The notes under the pieces: generated by a model
The model's input: only the letters and a program-made list of their open reading frames with translations
Databases searched by the model: none
Told to the model about the DNA's origin: nothing
Translations under genes and position numbers: made by a program
Shown here: piece after piece, positions 11,301 through 23,900 of the stretch
How positions within the stretch are numbered: the stretch's first letter is position 1
Layout: each line of letters starts with the position of its first letter
Source of the DNA: Priapulus caudatus
Lineage: Eukaryota
Length of the DNA: 64,000 nucleotides
Assembly (NCBI RefSeq): GCF_000485595.1
Contig: NW_014577086.1
Coordinates: 1-64,000 of the forward strand
Direction: 5' to 3'

Positions 11301-13845
11301 CGTACAGTTTGGGGTGGCAGAATTTCCCACTATTCGAAAGCACCAAAACCTAATTTCCAAATGAATAATGCTCACCGCTGCCAAAAAAAGAGTCGGAACA
11401 AGGTCAAGTAGCCACCTGTATACGACACTATCACTAGTCATGCCTGTGATCATACTGAGAAGACTGTCATGTTTTAAAGACTTAGGTCCTGGAAAGGACT
11501 GCCATTTCCTACAATTTCCGAAACCAGTATGAACCCTGTGACTGTGAGTACATTGTACACATGTTAGTATGCATGAACATGTGCAAAAGAAAACCATCTA
11601 AAAATAAACTTACGTATAGCAGAACCTTAAGTCAGGACACCTTGACCTATCAGCAGCCTCATAAACGTAGTCAGATCCATACTCCAACTGCATATCAAGC
11701 TTGTGGGTATTCAAGGCAGTGGATGGGGAGTGGCCTCTGGAAAACAGGTCTTTGAATTTTGTCACTGTTGCTTCCGAAACATCTCTGAATTTCAGGGTAT
11801 CAGCGCTCTCAATCACATGAATATGAACGTGATGGAGTCGCACAACCATTGGAAAAGTAGGAAGATGAGGGTCTACTGTTTTAGCCCTGAAAAAGAAGCA
11901 TAGAATTAATCTTGACTGCCAAATTTTCCAAACACGTCGTTTTTTAGGAATAAGTTTATTAATATAATAAAATTAATAAAATTATAATATTATTAATAGA
12001 ATAGTTAATTAATATACCTCTCCAAAACTCTGGCGAAAAATGTGTTACCGCACATAAATAGTTCAATGCGGTATACTACATTTTTAATTAGATGTATGTC
12101 TATGTTATTATTGTTATCTCCTTTGGCACTCCTTCAGGATGAACTTTTGTACTGTACGCAACTTACCTACAACGCCTCCCTGGCAACTTCTTTACTGTTA
12201 GGTCCATTTGTGCAGTACACTGTGTGTTCTTGCACACCCTTTTCAAGTTAGCTGTTGATGTCTGAGGCAGTGTATTATGTTGGCATCGATAGAACGTCTT
12301 CCAGAGATTAGTCTTCGGAACATTAACAGGCTTTGTGGCCAGTACTCGGAATGTAACCTTGCTTGTTTCTGTGTACTCCTTCAACCATTTTTGGGCTCCA
12401 TCGGCATCTCCAATATTGACCCGAAATTCTGCATGAAATCCATTTCCATTTTCCAGTGCTTTAAAGTTGCACACATGATATTCGTAATCAGGCAGAAGGG
12501 CTCTCTAAAATAAAATAAAAATAAAAGTAACGAAAATAAAACTCAAGGAAATGTCTATTTTAATCAAATTATCAAAATAAATTATACATTGTAGGCCTGT
12601 GATGATGTCAAGCAGGCTGATCGTCAAATTCTTTTCAGGGGCGTACCACTGAAGTCACAATCTCAGTCAGACAGATTTTAGTCAAAAGGCTAACTTAAAC
12701 TGGCCTAGTCATAAGGGGTAGGTTGAGAGATTTCTTAGGCCAAGTAAAAAATTGCTTGTTTTTGGTCACCGACCTACTCTCAGAAAATGCCTCCGACTTC
12801 AGATTTTTCACCTCATTTTCACCTTTGATTGTCAGTATTAAATTTTTCTAATACTTGACATGCCTATCTCACTCTCAGCAGATCGACTCATGTCAGCGCC
12901 ACACTGTGTTGAAACCTCGCACTTTCGGGCAGAATGATGAAGATGATGATGAGAATCTGATGAAACACATTCACGTATTTCCGCTATTTCATGCATGTTA
13001 TCTTTTACAGATTTCAACTCACAAAATTTGCTATTTTGAAATTTTAAAGAATTCAACTCGCAAAAAATAATTTAATTGTTGATAAAATATTAAATAGTTA
13101 AACAAAACTTTTTTGAGTTGAAATTTTAATGAATTTTAGTTGAAACAGTTCAATTAGTTGAACCTCGGTGCAGGATTTCAGTGCATTTTTACCTGGATCA
13201 AGGATAGATCAAGGTTGAAACCGGAGATTAATCTGCCACCAAGTATAACAGTGTGAGGTTTCAACACAGTGTGGCGCTGTTGACGAGCTGAGAACGGCTA
13301 TGGCCTATACAATAAGCCTAAGTCCAGTATTCTACACTCAGAATCCAAAATAAACTATGTGACATTTTAGGCCCACTCGCTCTGACACTGACAATAGCTT
13401 GCCATAACAATAGACTTAGCATAGCAAGTGACTTGACTATAGCATATATAGCATAGTATAGACTATAGCAATAGCATAGAGTATAGACTAGCAATAATAG
13501 ACTTGACAGCATAGCAGACTATATAGCAATACTAGCAATAGACTTGACAGCTATACCTGGTTGTTATCCGTTGTCATAATCATAACCATCATCATTATAA
13601 TCATAATCATAATCATGATCATAATCAAAACACTTACATATAGTTCAGGGAATTGAGCAACTGGAACAGCTTGCGAATCATACGCACATTTCATGGAGGC
13701 TTCCATGATGAATGTGTAAGTAGTACACGTGATGGAGGAAAGCCAATCAGAAGGCTAGAAATAATTCCTATACTAACTGCGATTGACCAATCAGAATGCT
13801 AGAAATATTTGCTATGGCAATCCTGTTTGGGAATTGTAAATTCGG
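8332..13845 (-). mobile_element. Mutator-like (MULE) DNA transposon inserted in the Gypsy integrase
   Basis: ~105-bp TIRs (gcgaatttacaattcccaaacaggattgccatagc... / ...gctatggcaatcctgtttgggaattgtaaattcgg); perfect 9-bp TSD gtgccgtct at 8323-8331 and 13846-13854. Confidence 0.95.
8989..12504 (-). pseudogene. MULE transposase with SWIM zinc finger; spliced and disrupted
   Basis: Exons ~12504-12167, 11886-11614, 10950-8989; motifs VFIDASG, FISDD, LCVFH (CxxH), NTNNYAE, SWIM-like CTSC...PCKH; frameshifts near 10575, 10385 and 9745; in-frame stop at 9912-9914. Confidence 0.85.
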
Positions 13846-13854
13846 GTGCCGTCT

Positions 13855-15225
13855 ACGGTGTCGAAAAGTCCCGCACTACGCCATACCACCCTCAAGGGAA
13901 TGGCCAGTGCGAGCGCTTCAACAGGACGATGCACGACCGGCTGAGGACGCTGATGCCGGAAAAGAAGAGGAGATGGCCGGAGCATCTGCTGGAGTTGGTG
14001 TATTCGTACAACGCAACGATACACTCCTCGACGGGTTATTCCCCGTACTTTCTTATGTTTGGGCAAGATCCACGGTTGCCCATTGATTCTCTCCTGGGAG
14101 TCAATCAGGGGGACAACTGTGATGACACGGACGGTGTTGACGACTGGGTGGCCGGGCACAGGCGGAGGCTTGGTAAAGCTCTGGAGGCCAGGAAACAGGG
14201 CAGAGGGTGAGGCTGGGGCATGAGGCTTTGCAGCGTCAACACCAAATGAACAAGAAGTCGCGGGACACTGACCTGCCAGTAGGGTTAGAGTCAAACCGAT
14301 GTCAGGGGCGGAACAAGATCCAGGATATGTGGGATTTAACACCATATGTCGTCGTGGCGAAGCCAAACCCACAGCAGAATGTGTACGTGGTGCAGGCTGC
14401 TGACCGGGTGGGGCCAACCAAGGTGGTAAATCGTGTTGGCCTGTTAGATGGTAAGAGCACGGTCGAGGTCCCCGGTGCTGTAGCAGTGGCGCCTGACAAT
14501 GACGCATGGTCGGATGAGGAACCTGTCGATTCACCGGAGGGAGAAACACGCCCACGGTTTAGGTGGGTCCGAATGGATATACCGGGGGCAGAAGCAGAGC
14601 ACCCACAGGAAAAGGGAGACCTTGCTTTTAAAGGTGTAGAAGCGAGACCGGAGGGTGGCGAAGCACCTGGGGAAGATAGGGGTATCGTGGGCACTGACGA
14701 GTCTGAGTCAGGCGGTGGCTCGGAGAACGCTAGTGCCACGGGGGACACCACCGGTAGGGACGACCAAGGGTTGGAAGGGGAACAGGAGGCTGATAAAGCT
14801 CCTGAGGAAAATGGAGGTGTGGGGTCACTGACGAGTCTGAGTCAGGCAGTGACTCGGACGACACTTGTGCCACGGGGGACACCACCAGGGAAGATGGTCA
14901 GGGGGTGGAAGACCCTGAGGAGGGGCCTGGGGGAGACGAACCTTCCGATGGTGACGTGAGTGACGGGAGAGAGGCGGACTTGCATGACAGGGAGGACTCG
15001 ACACTGGTCAGGCGTACCTCTCGTCCAAACGCGGGCACTCATGGGAATCCCCATCACCTCCCAAAGTCGGTTGTGCGGACCCAAAGGGCTGCCGTAGTTG
15101 AGTCGGCTGGGGTGCCGAGGCAGTTTGGCGACCTGGCGCAAGCAGTAGCTAGTCTGGGTCAGGTGCTCCAGAACTCGTGGATGGCGGGTGTGAGTGGCCA
15201 GTCGACTAGGATGTCAACGATTTAA
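13855..15225 (+). pseudogene. pol: Gypsy pol, 3' part (integrase core end, GPY/F-like region, acidic tail)
   Basis: [25 protein letters not shown] continues the frame of ELCAV at 8331; ends with RRTSRPNAGTHGNPHHLP. Confidence 0.88.
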
Positions 15226-15236
15226 ACTGGGGGGTG

Positions 15237-16703
15237 TGTGAGCGTGTGTTTTGGTACGCCCATTTATTCGGAGTCTGTAGTGTTGTTCTGTACATGACTT
15301 ACTCTGTATAGTGCTGCCGCCTGGTGTTAGTGTAGTAAAGCTATGGGGGGATTGAGGATAAACCCTTTGTTTTGGATTTGCGCGGGAAAGAAGGGGTGCC
15401 ATTTTTGTCGCAGAGGGAATCTGGATACTCGTGTGAGTGCAGATGTGGATTTAGTAAGTTTACTAATAAATGTTTAATTATTGACTTGCTATATCATGGA
15501 TGATTTTTAAGAACATCCTATTGCATTTGTTTTGTGAATTGTAACCGAGGGCTAGTGTTAATAGCAGTGTATTGTGGAGACAATATAAATATTCTCCAGC
15601 AGTTAGTTTTCGTTGTGTGTGTGTGTGTGTGTGTGTATGTAGGGGATTTCCCTGGTTAACAGGATGTGAGTTGATCGGGTCTTTGTTTGTCCGGTTGAGG
15701 GTGGAAGTTGCTATTAATAGCTTGCCTCCCTGGTTACTATATATATATGAGTAAGCAAAGTTCAGCTGCAGAGTAATATTATTATTAAATATTATCGTTA
15801 AGAATGGCTGTTATTTAGATATAGCTGGCTGTTGTTAAATATTAGTAAATGTCAAGAGCGAGTTGATATGTAGTGTGGGATGGCATGGTGCTTTATGTCA
15901 CATGTATGAGTTCTGTTAACCCGTTAGGGGCCGTGACATAAGTAGGGGGATGTGCGCTGTGGCATGTAGACTGTAAGTTGTATTGTTAAGTGTGCAACTG
16001 TGTTCAAGGATCTGATAGTGTTATTGATAAGTATGTTCCCGTGGATGTGAGTTATTATGGTGCATTCACTTTATGCGGCGAACAGTGTTTGGTTTAGCTC
16101 ATGTAATCATCCTGACAGATTTATTACATGAGTGTTTACTGCATAAAGAGGGGGGAGATTCTTTCAGTAGTCATTATTATGTATGTTAGTAGCATAGTTA
16201 TTTGAAAGTTATTTGAGTTAGTGTTGTGAGTTTGCGGTAAAGTGTTCGCATGAGGTGTCACGTGTTTATTGTTATTATTCTGCAGTGACACGCAGGTGAT
16301 GCTGAGCCGGTGTATGTCGGGGCAGTGAACGTGGCCCTACCGGAGTAGTGTTCTGCAAGGGTAAGCGGATAGGTCCCCACAGCAGGGGACAATGCTTGTG
16401 TTATATTGTGTTATAATGTGTTATATTGTGTTATAATGTGTTATATTGGATTATAATGGTGGATAATGTTGAGTTTATGTATTTGGCCTATATACTGCTC
16501 ATATGCTATGTTACATTTAAACTTAAGGTGTGTTTCATTGTTTATATGTTGCAGGGTCGCCTGCACAGTCGTAACTACGTCGTTTGTGTGATGTGGTTAC
16601 ACGGTCGTTGGTGACATTTTGCTTGTTGTCAATTGAATAAACTCTTAAGTCACCGTCATCCGAGTGTTGTGTTTTGGTGTACGTGCACGAATAACGCCCC
16701 ACA
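15237..16703 (+). repeat. 3' LTR
   Basis: tgtgagcg...gccccaca, colinear with the 5' LTR. Confidence 0.92.
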
Positions 16704-18320
16704 CATGCCTAATTGCCTATACATCAGTTCAAATTCATCATCTTTACCTGGAGAATAATCTGCTAAATTTCCCACCAAACTGTTTCATACTGGCAAAATG
16801 TAAACCAAAGTAGAATCAAAGGAAGAATATGACAGAAATACTAACCACGAACAGCTTTGGCACAAGGTCAGATACCTTCATAATTTTGCAGAAACTTTTG
16901 AACAATAAAATCTCATCATATTATGACAATTTTAATCCGAACTGAACACTTTTGCATTTTAGACCAAGACTTTTGACTATGCACAGAGTTTATTACTGCT
17001 ATTTACCACTGAACTGTTGCTCCAGGTCAGACTGAATGTGGTCAAAAAATGGGATGCCTACATTCACCCTGTAGTAAGTCTCTGGATCCCGTGCAAGGGT
17101 CGTGTTACGATATTGTGATGTCCCTCCTGGTCTGCGCGGCATACAAGGATTCACGCCTTCTCACAGAGTGTTCATATATGCGGTGGAACACGGCTTCGAC
17201 ATCACCACGCAGTGTCTCATAGTGGAGCTTGACATCTGTGACCTGTAGAAATTAACACAAAAAATGATCTAAGTAAGGAACATGCTGCTCAGCTCGTAAA
17301 TATAAAGTTATGGATCTTAAAGGTAGTATCAATCTAATGCAGGTCAAAATTTTAACATTGCGAGATCATTTTTATTATGATAAAGACAATGCTACATTTC
17401 AGCTATCCTGTAAATATTGACTTGAAAATATAATTTATTCGAATAATAGCGACTTACTTTACAGAAATGATAAAACGTGTGTTTACAAGCTTTATCCTTT
17501 CATAGGTGTGCATGTTATAAATAATAACATATATCAAATTCTTGAAAACTATAATAGATATTGGTGACAATTTTTTTTACAAATTATTAATTTTTCATTA
17601 TCAACATTTCATGAGATTATAGCTGATTCCTACAATTTTTCCAAAAGACTGCTGTTACCTTTGAGATACACAACTGATCTACATGGTTCGATTATGATTG
17701 AGAAAGAAAAATGAAACCACAATTTGTTTTAAAACTAAACAAACAAAAATTGGAAATAATAGACTCACACTATCGTATGCTGAAACCATGTCTTCAGCCT
17801 TCCCTTGCAGTTTGACAGTCAGGCCTTGCATTGGTGAAAGCATTTCATACACAGTGAGAAACGTGACGATAAATCCGAATTTGGTGATCGCTTCCAGCAG
17901 GGCACCAGCTGCAGTTTTAGTGCGGCCATCCCAATCATCATTTACTATGTCACCGTCATATTTGTCGGTTTCATTGATGTACGATCCATACACAATGACT
18001 TCAAGAGCCATAACCTGTTAAGAGTAAATATTGGAAATTCTTACAAAGTAAATATTTGATAGTAAGTTGCAAGTAAAGTTTTATGGTAAATTATTAATGA
18101 TTACATACAGTGGAAATGATCATATTTCACGAGTTAAAAAAATGTATTTCTTTCTAAATCAACATTTCATGTGTCAAGCGCTATATAAATGACTATCTAT
18201 TATTATTATCACGTGGGCACTTGGCAGTGAACCATTGTCAGTTTGGGCTTCAAATGAAAGGTAATTTCATATTAAATTGTCATTGTTAAGTTGAAAGCAT
18301 TAATGCAAGATAGAACAAAC

Positions 18321-19988
18321 CTGCCAAACATAGCACTGATAAAAGTGCCTGAAGGCATCATATCTCGCTGCCCATCTGGTTGCACAAATGTCTAGCAACG
18401 GTTTCCTGTTGGTGGCGTGCTCTGGCACATTTTTTCCAACAATTTCCTTCAGCGGTCCTTCTCTTCTTGGGCTCTTACTAAAGAATACCGAAGACTCCTT
18501 CAGCTTGTCCAACATATTCCTTACTTCCTGCTGTTTGGCTGAGTGGGCATACACAAGGTTGAGAGCATGACTCAAGCAATGAGTGTAGATAGCTCTGGGG
18601 GAGTGCTGCTTGATGATTCCCTGTACACCAACTCTCGCACTACTCATTGCAGCAGCACCATCATACCCTTGTCCCCTTATCTTCGTCACATCAAGGTTGA
18701 GCTCTTCAAGTTTCTGTAGTATTTTAGATGCCAGCACACGCCCTGTAGTCCGGCAAGTTCCTATAAAGTCAATGAACTCCTCACGCATCTGGCAGTTTGT
18801 ATCTACAAATCTCACACACAGTGACATCAACTCTGCATTATGGCTCGTTGCCTCGTCACACATAACAGAGAACCATCTCGTCTTCCTCACCTCTTCAAGA
18901 ATAGTCTCTCTGATGATCTTGTGGCCAATGACATCTATCAATTCGTTCTGTGATTGAGGAGAAATGTATGTGGCATTTTTCTTTGCGGGTGCCTGGAGGT
19001 GCTTTTGCAGAAGTGAGCTGTGTTTTGACAGCAATTTCAACCGAGCGATGAAATTGCCAGGGTTCTTTGTAAAACTTGTGTCCGATGCTTCATAGTCACC
19101 TCGGAGAGGAATGTTCTGCCGTCCACAGTACAGGACAGTTTCTCCAATGTGCTTTAAAATTTCCCCATTTTCTTTTATTTGTTTATGTTTTTTTCTGTCG
19201 AAAACGATGATCTAAGTTATCAGGATTGTCAGCTGGTTTTTCCATTTAAGTCCCTTGTTCTGCCGACACAGACAAGGTGGTATTCCTGGAGATGGTGTCC
19301 AGTCCTCGTGTACTTCTTCTGGTTTACTTTAGTTGATTTTTGCCAGACTGGGTTCCTTTGAGTTTCTCTGAGATCTTATTCCATCTTTTGAAAGGCTCAT
19401 TGACCAATGCTCCAAAATAACTCCTGTCTTTGGTGGTGAAGAGAGCACAAACAATACAATAAACTACATCATGTTCTTTGCTATACTTCAGCCACTGGAA
19501 TTCATCCAACCACTTGGAATTAAAGCGTCTATTGCAATCATTCATCCTTGTAGTGGGAAACTGAAAATTGCCAGGTGGGTGAAAGTGGTGTTTCAGGAGG
19601 TGGTATTTCTGTTCATCTGATAGCTCGTTGACCTTCCTTTCTAGTGTTGCTGCTGTGCAGCCTTGTGGGATAACTTGTCGAATGTCTATGTACAGAGGTT
19701 GTGGGAACTGGGAGGTGTCAGCATGATCATCTGACAACTGAGGTGATGTTTCTTGGTCTAAAGTCTGATGTGTTTCTTGGTCTAAAGTCTGATGTGTTTC
19801 TTGGGCTGAAGTCTGATGTGTTTCTTGGTCTAAAGTCTGATGTGTTTCTTGGGCTAAAGTCACTGCAGTCTGCCGTGATGGCTCTGAAGCCCGAGTTGCC
19901 GATTCCACAGCCTGATGCGACATTTCAGTCTGGTGTGAGGCGTCCTTGATTGATGATGCTGAACTGTTCTCTTCCAAGATGCATTGAT
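18321..19988 (-). CDS. hAT transposase large exon (TTF zinc finger, DUF4371-like region, catalytic core); frameshifted
   Basis: CGRQNIPLRG...NPGNF, YISPQSQNELI, FSVMCDEAT, GQGYDGA, HCLSHALNL, ATRW. Confidence 0.88.
19744..19862 (-). repeat. 24-bp coding minisatellite (QETHQTLD x ~5)
   Basis: Unit gatgtgtttcttggtctaaagtct repeated within the hAT exon. Confidence 0.85.
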
Positions 19989-20652
19989 CTTGGCACATCA
20001 CAAAGGAAATCAATTACAATTTGTGTCTGTATTTGATAGAGTGACCAGTGACCACAAACTTGGTATGATTAATTGATAATGCTCAAGTTTTGTAAATGAA
20101 AACCTTTTCATTTTAACATTTAACGTGTAAAGTGTGTAATCAATTTACCACATTATATCATGTATCTCATTTTATTAGGATAAAAAAATGAAATATATGC
20201 TAAAATATATGTTGCAAGGTGTAACAATGAGTGTAAAGTACTTTACTCACTTGATTTGAAAAATGCTGTGATGGGCTTAGTCCCTTTAATACCATGAAGT
20301 CTAGTTCGCTTGTACACTCCAGTCGGTTTTTCTGAACGTTGACGCTTTGAGTTGTGCGACTCTACATTAAAATAAAAGAAGAAAACTGATAATCTTACAT
20401 TCAAAGCACGATTCAAATAATATAGATTTGTGGACATGGGCAATTAAATATTACACATCCACTCTCATTTTGTGTGCGTGTTGGGAACTATCAATAACAT
20501 AATCACTTGAGCATCTCCCCTATGAGGAACCGTGTATCAACTTGTTTGATTTTGCATTTATTCTAATACAATTCACCTTTTCTTTCTTTATTGGAATCAG
20601 TATTTCTTTCTCATTCTTATTATGGCTTGAATTTATATAACATTACTATTAC

Positions 20653-20911
20653 CTCTTTTAATTGCAACAAAATGCCGGTCTACAATGTGCCCAATGGTGA
20701 TAGGTCCTTGTTTGTCGGATACCAGATTACATGTAAATGTATGAGTTGACACTTTGTTGGCATGGACGTCTTTAGAGATAACAATGATGGGCTGTTTGAT
20801 ATACTCTGCTGTGGCCTGCATGACTCGGTCATCTTAAACATCTTCCGTCTTTAAGGCAAGGTTGGCTAACGAATCGGGTGTTATTTGTTGCTTTAGCGGT
20901 TCTGATGGTTC
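20653..20911 (-). CDS. OTU domain, C-terminal exon (His box); one internal stop
   Basis: EPSEPLKQQITPDSLANLALKTEDV*DDRVMQATAEYIKQPIIVIS...GHIVDRHFVAIKR; ag/gt boundaries, phase 0 to phase 1. Confidence 0.75.
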
Positions 20912-23900
20912 CTAAAAGGTATTAAAACAAGAAACATTAGCTTCACAAAGAAGTTGTCTTATAATACTACTGTTGCCTTCAATAACAATGGTCAGTACAT
21001 ATACATTAAAAATGCTATTATATTGTTCACCATGTATTAAAAAAACCACTTTGCTGTAGATGTTCCCTGATTAAGGGGTTCTCCCAAAATGTTATCAATT
21101 AGTCCAGGCGTTAGTAGACACTTTTTTGCTCAACTATGACTGTGCATCAGCCTAAAAAATATATTATATATATTTATTACGGGAGCTCTTTTTTGATTTT
21201 GTATGAAAAAAAGAGCTCTCGTAATTTTGTTTACGGGAGCTATTTTAAGCTTGGCCAGAGCTACTTTTTCATAGCATGATTTCGTTAAAATTTTCATAAT
21301 TTTGATGCACTGACTCTAATAATGTCTCAGAAGCCAGAAATTGTGTCTAATTATCGTAAAGGTGTTTCCCAAACAAAAGTCAAGATTATGCTTTGGCGAA
21401 ATCGACGAGGTCACAAATTATTCCTAATGGTGACAAAACCACGAAGGCCGGGTTTACATGTTGCTATATGCATGTTGTGTACAAAGTATGACTGCATGCA
21501 CTGATTGTCTCATTCGCATTGTTTTTTAATTCAAATCTCGTTATGTCTAGCTTGTGCATGAACGGCGTCTTTGAGGAAGAATAACAATGAATGGCGGCTG
21601 TTTTGATAATACTACTGCTGTGGCCTGCATGACCGCGGTTGCATCCTTGAAACATCTTTCGCCGTCTTCAAGAGGCAAGGTTTTGGCTAACCGAATCGGT
21701 GTTATTTGTTTGGCTTTAGGCTGGTTCTGCGTGGTTCCTAAAAGGTATATAAAAGCCAGAAACGATTAGCTTCACAAGAAGTTGTCTTATAATACGACTG
21801 TTGGCCTTCAAAAGAACACCTGGTCAGTACTATATACATTTGAAAAATGCTATATGTTGTTCAGCACATGTATTAAAAAACGAACTTTTCTGTAGATGTG
21901 TTCCCAATGATTAAGGGTTCTCGCCTAAGAACTGTTAGTACCTTATGCCAGGCGTTAGTGAGACACTGCTGTTTGCATCAACTAATAGCTGTGCATCCAG
22001 CGCTAAAAAATGATAGTTATATACTTTTTCCGGGGCCTCTATACATACGGCCAGAAGACATATACACATACGAGAATACATGTTGTAGTGAAAAGCAAGA
22101 GCTCGGGACAGAGTCACCGTAATTTTGCGCTGGTTTACGGGAGCTATGGGAGGGGTGGCGTTTTAGGAGTTCCTTGGGAAGAGACCACAACCGAAACAAG
22201 TGAGGGCTAGGAAACTGAAGAAGAAAAAAGGTGCATAAAAGAGGAAGAGAAAGACACAGCAACAGCAGATAAGAGGAGGAAAAGAGATAGAAAAAGAAGG
22301 TCGAGAGCAGGAGGGGAGAAACCGAGCCCGAGGCTGAAGAGTTAAGTATATCGAGAGATCGAGAACATGATATTCGATTATAAACACTTTTCATAAATTT
22401 TGAATGAGCCACGTGAGCACAAACTCTATCAATGCCCGTCTCACGGGCCCCCACCCGGTCCTCCGCGTGTACCTAACCCACCATGCATCCACCCACCGCC
22501 CTCCCGCTCACACAAGAGAGATTTCAAACCCCCCCACCCACACCACCACCACCACCCCCCCCCCCCACACCCCAAAAGGAGGAAGTCAAAGAAGAATGAC
22601 TATTGAAGCGAAAAAATCTAGGGCACGGATAGGAGTGCGACACAAGAAGGAGAAAAAATTAATGGTCCCTAAGAGATAAAGGTGACAGGAAGAACGCAAA
22701 AAAGAACGCCGCCGGTTTTACATGATTGCTATAAATCACTGTTGTCGCTAGCAGGTATGAACTGCATGCCTGATTGTCTACAATTGACGCAATTGAAGAA
22801 GGATTTTTAGTATAATTGCCACGAAAAGGATCTCGTTACAGTCAGGGGCAATAGTCCAAGGTAAAAAAAGAATGAGGACTACAATAAGCAAACAGGAGTT
22901 GGAGCGCCGAATACAGGAAAGGCAATTTCAAGAGGAGCAGAACCGGGCAGAATTTTGGCTTGGCCCGCCATCGGGCAAGCGGTTTGTGCGAGACGCCGGC
23001 ACGCAGGGTTCGAATTTCGCTGAAAAATCTAGTGAGCAGCAGGTCCACGGCAGACTTAGAAGTTTGGATGGGACTGCACAAAAATATGTGGTCAGCGTTC
23101 ATTTAACTAAGCAGATGACGTAACAAAATAGTATATAAAGGATAACATTGGAAAAGGCTAGCATTGAAGAGCGACGATGGACAAGGCAGTTAGGAGGGAA
23201 GAGAAAATAGTTCGCTTTATTAATTTGATAGGTATGTAATAACTAGAGTTGGTCAAAATAATGTTTCAATCTCGAAGGAGTACATCGGGGGAAGCTTCCT
23301 GGGTGGAAAGTTTTACTTTGGTTTATTTTTTGAGTGAACCCAGGATCTTAATGGTACGCCCCCATAGAGGGCGCGACCCTAACTACGTGCATAAGATCTT
23401 CAAAGTCAGAGACTGTCGCGTCCACAGGGGAGAAGGGAAGAAAGCACTAAGACCGAAGGTGGACATAGCCAACGCGAAAGGGTACTACACAACAAGTGCA
23501 CACTAGAATCTGTCAAGGTATAATGACCAAGTTTAGCATTTCCTTCCTATAATTCTAACGCTGGAATAAACAGTCACTTTCTACCGTGACGGAATTCGGA
23601 AAACGAGACTTTGATATACGTGCGTGTTCAGGTGTCAGCTAGGCTCGTTGGGCCCGGTACACTTCACAAGAACCCGCCTTGCTCGGTCGGCCCACATATA
23701 GTAAATATCCGAATATTTTCCCAGGCGCGCCGGCATAGAAAAACACAATCTGATTTCTTCAGACGAGTGCGCGGAGTTTTTGGTTCCGTGCGGGGTGGCG
23801 AATCATAGCGTGAGGGGTTCATCGCAGCCTCTGAGTGTTCTTGGATATCGCCCCCCTAGCTGTCTACTTGAGCGAACCGGTCGTAATGCTCCCGGGGCGC

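Larger units (their letters stand above)
1868..16703 (+). mobile_element. full-length but decayed Ty3/Gypsy LTR retrotransposon
   Basis: Paired TG...CA LTRs, PBS, gag-PR-RT-RH-IN order, G-rich PPT (aaactggggggtg) before the 3' LTR; probable 4-bp TSD catg at 1864-1867 and 16704-16707. Confidence 0.95.

Noticed and set aside
14207..15225. env-like third ORF of the Gypsy element
   Set aside because: No signal peptide or transmembrane segment; it is the frameshifted acidic tail of integrase.
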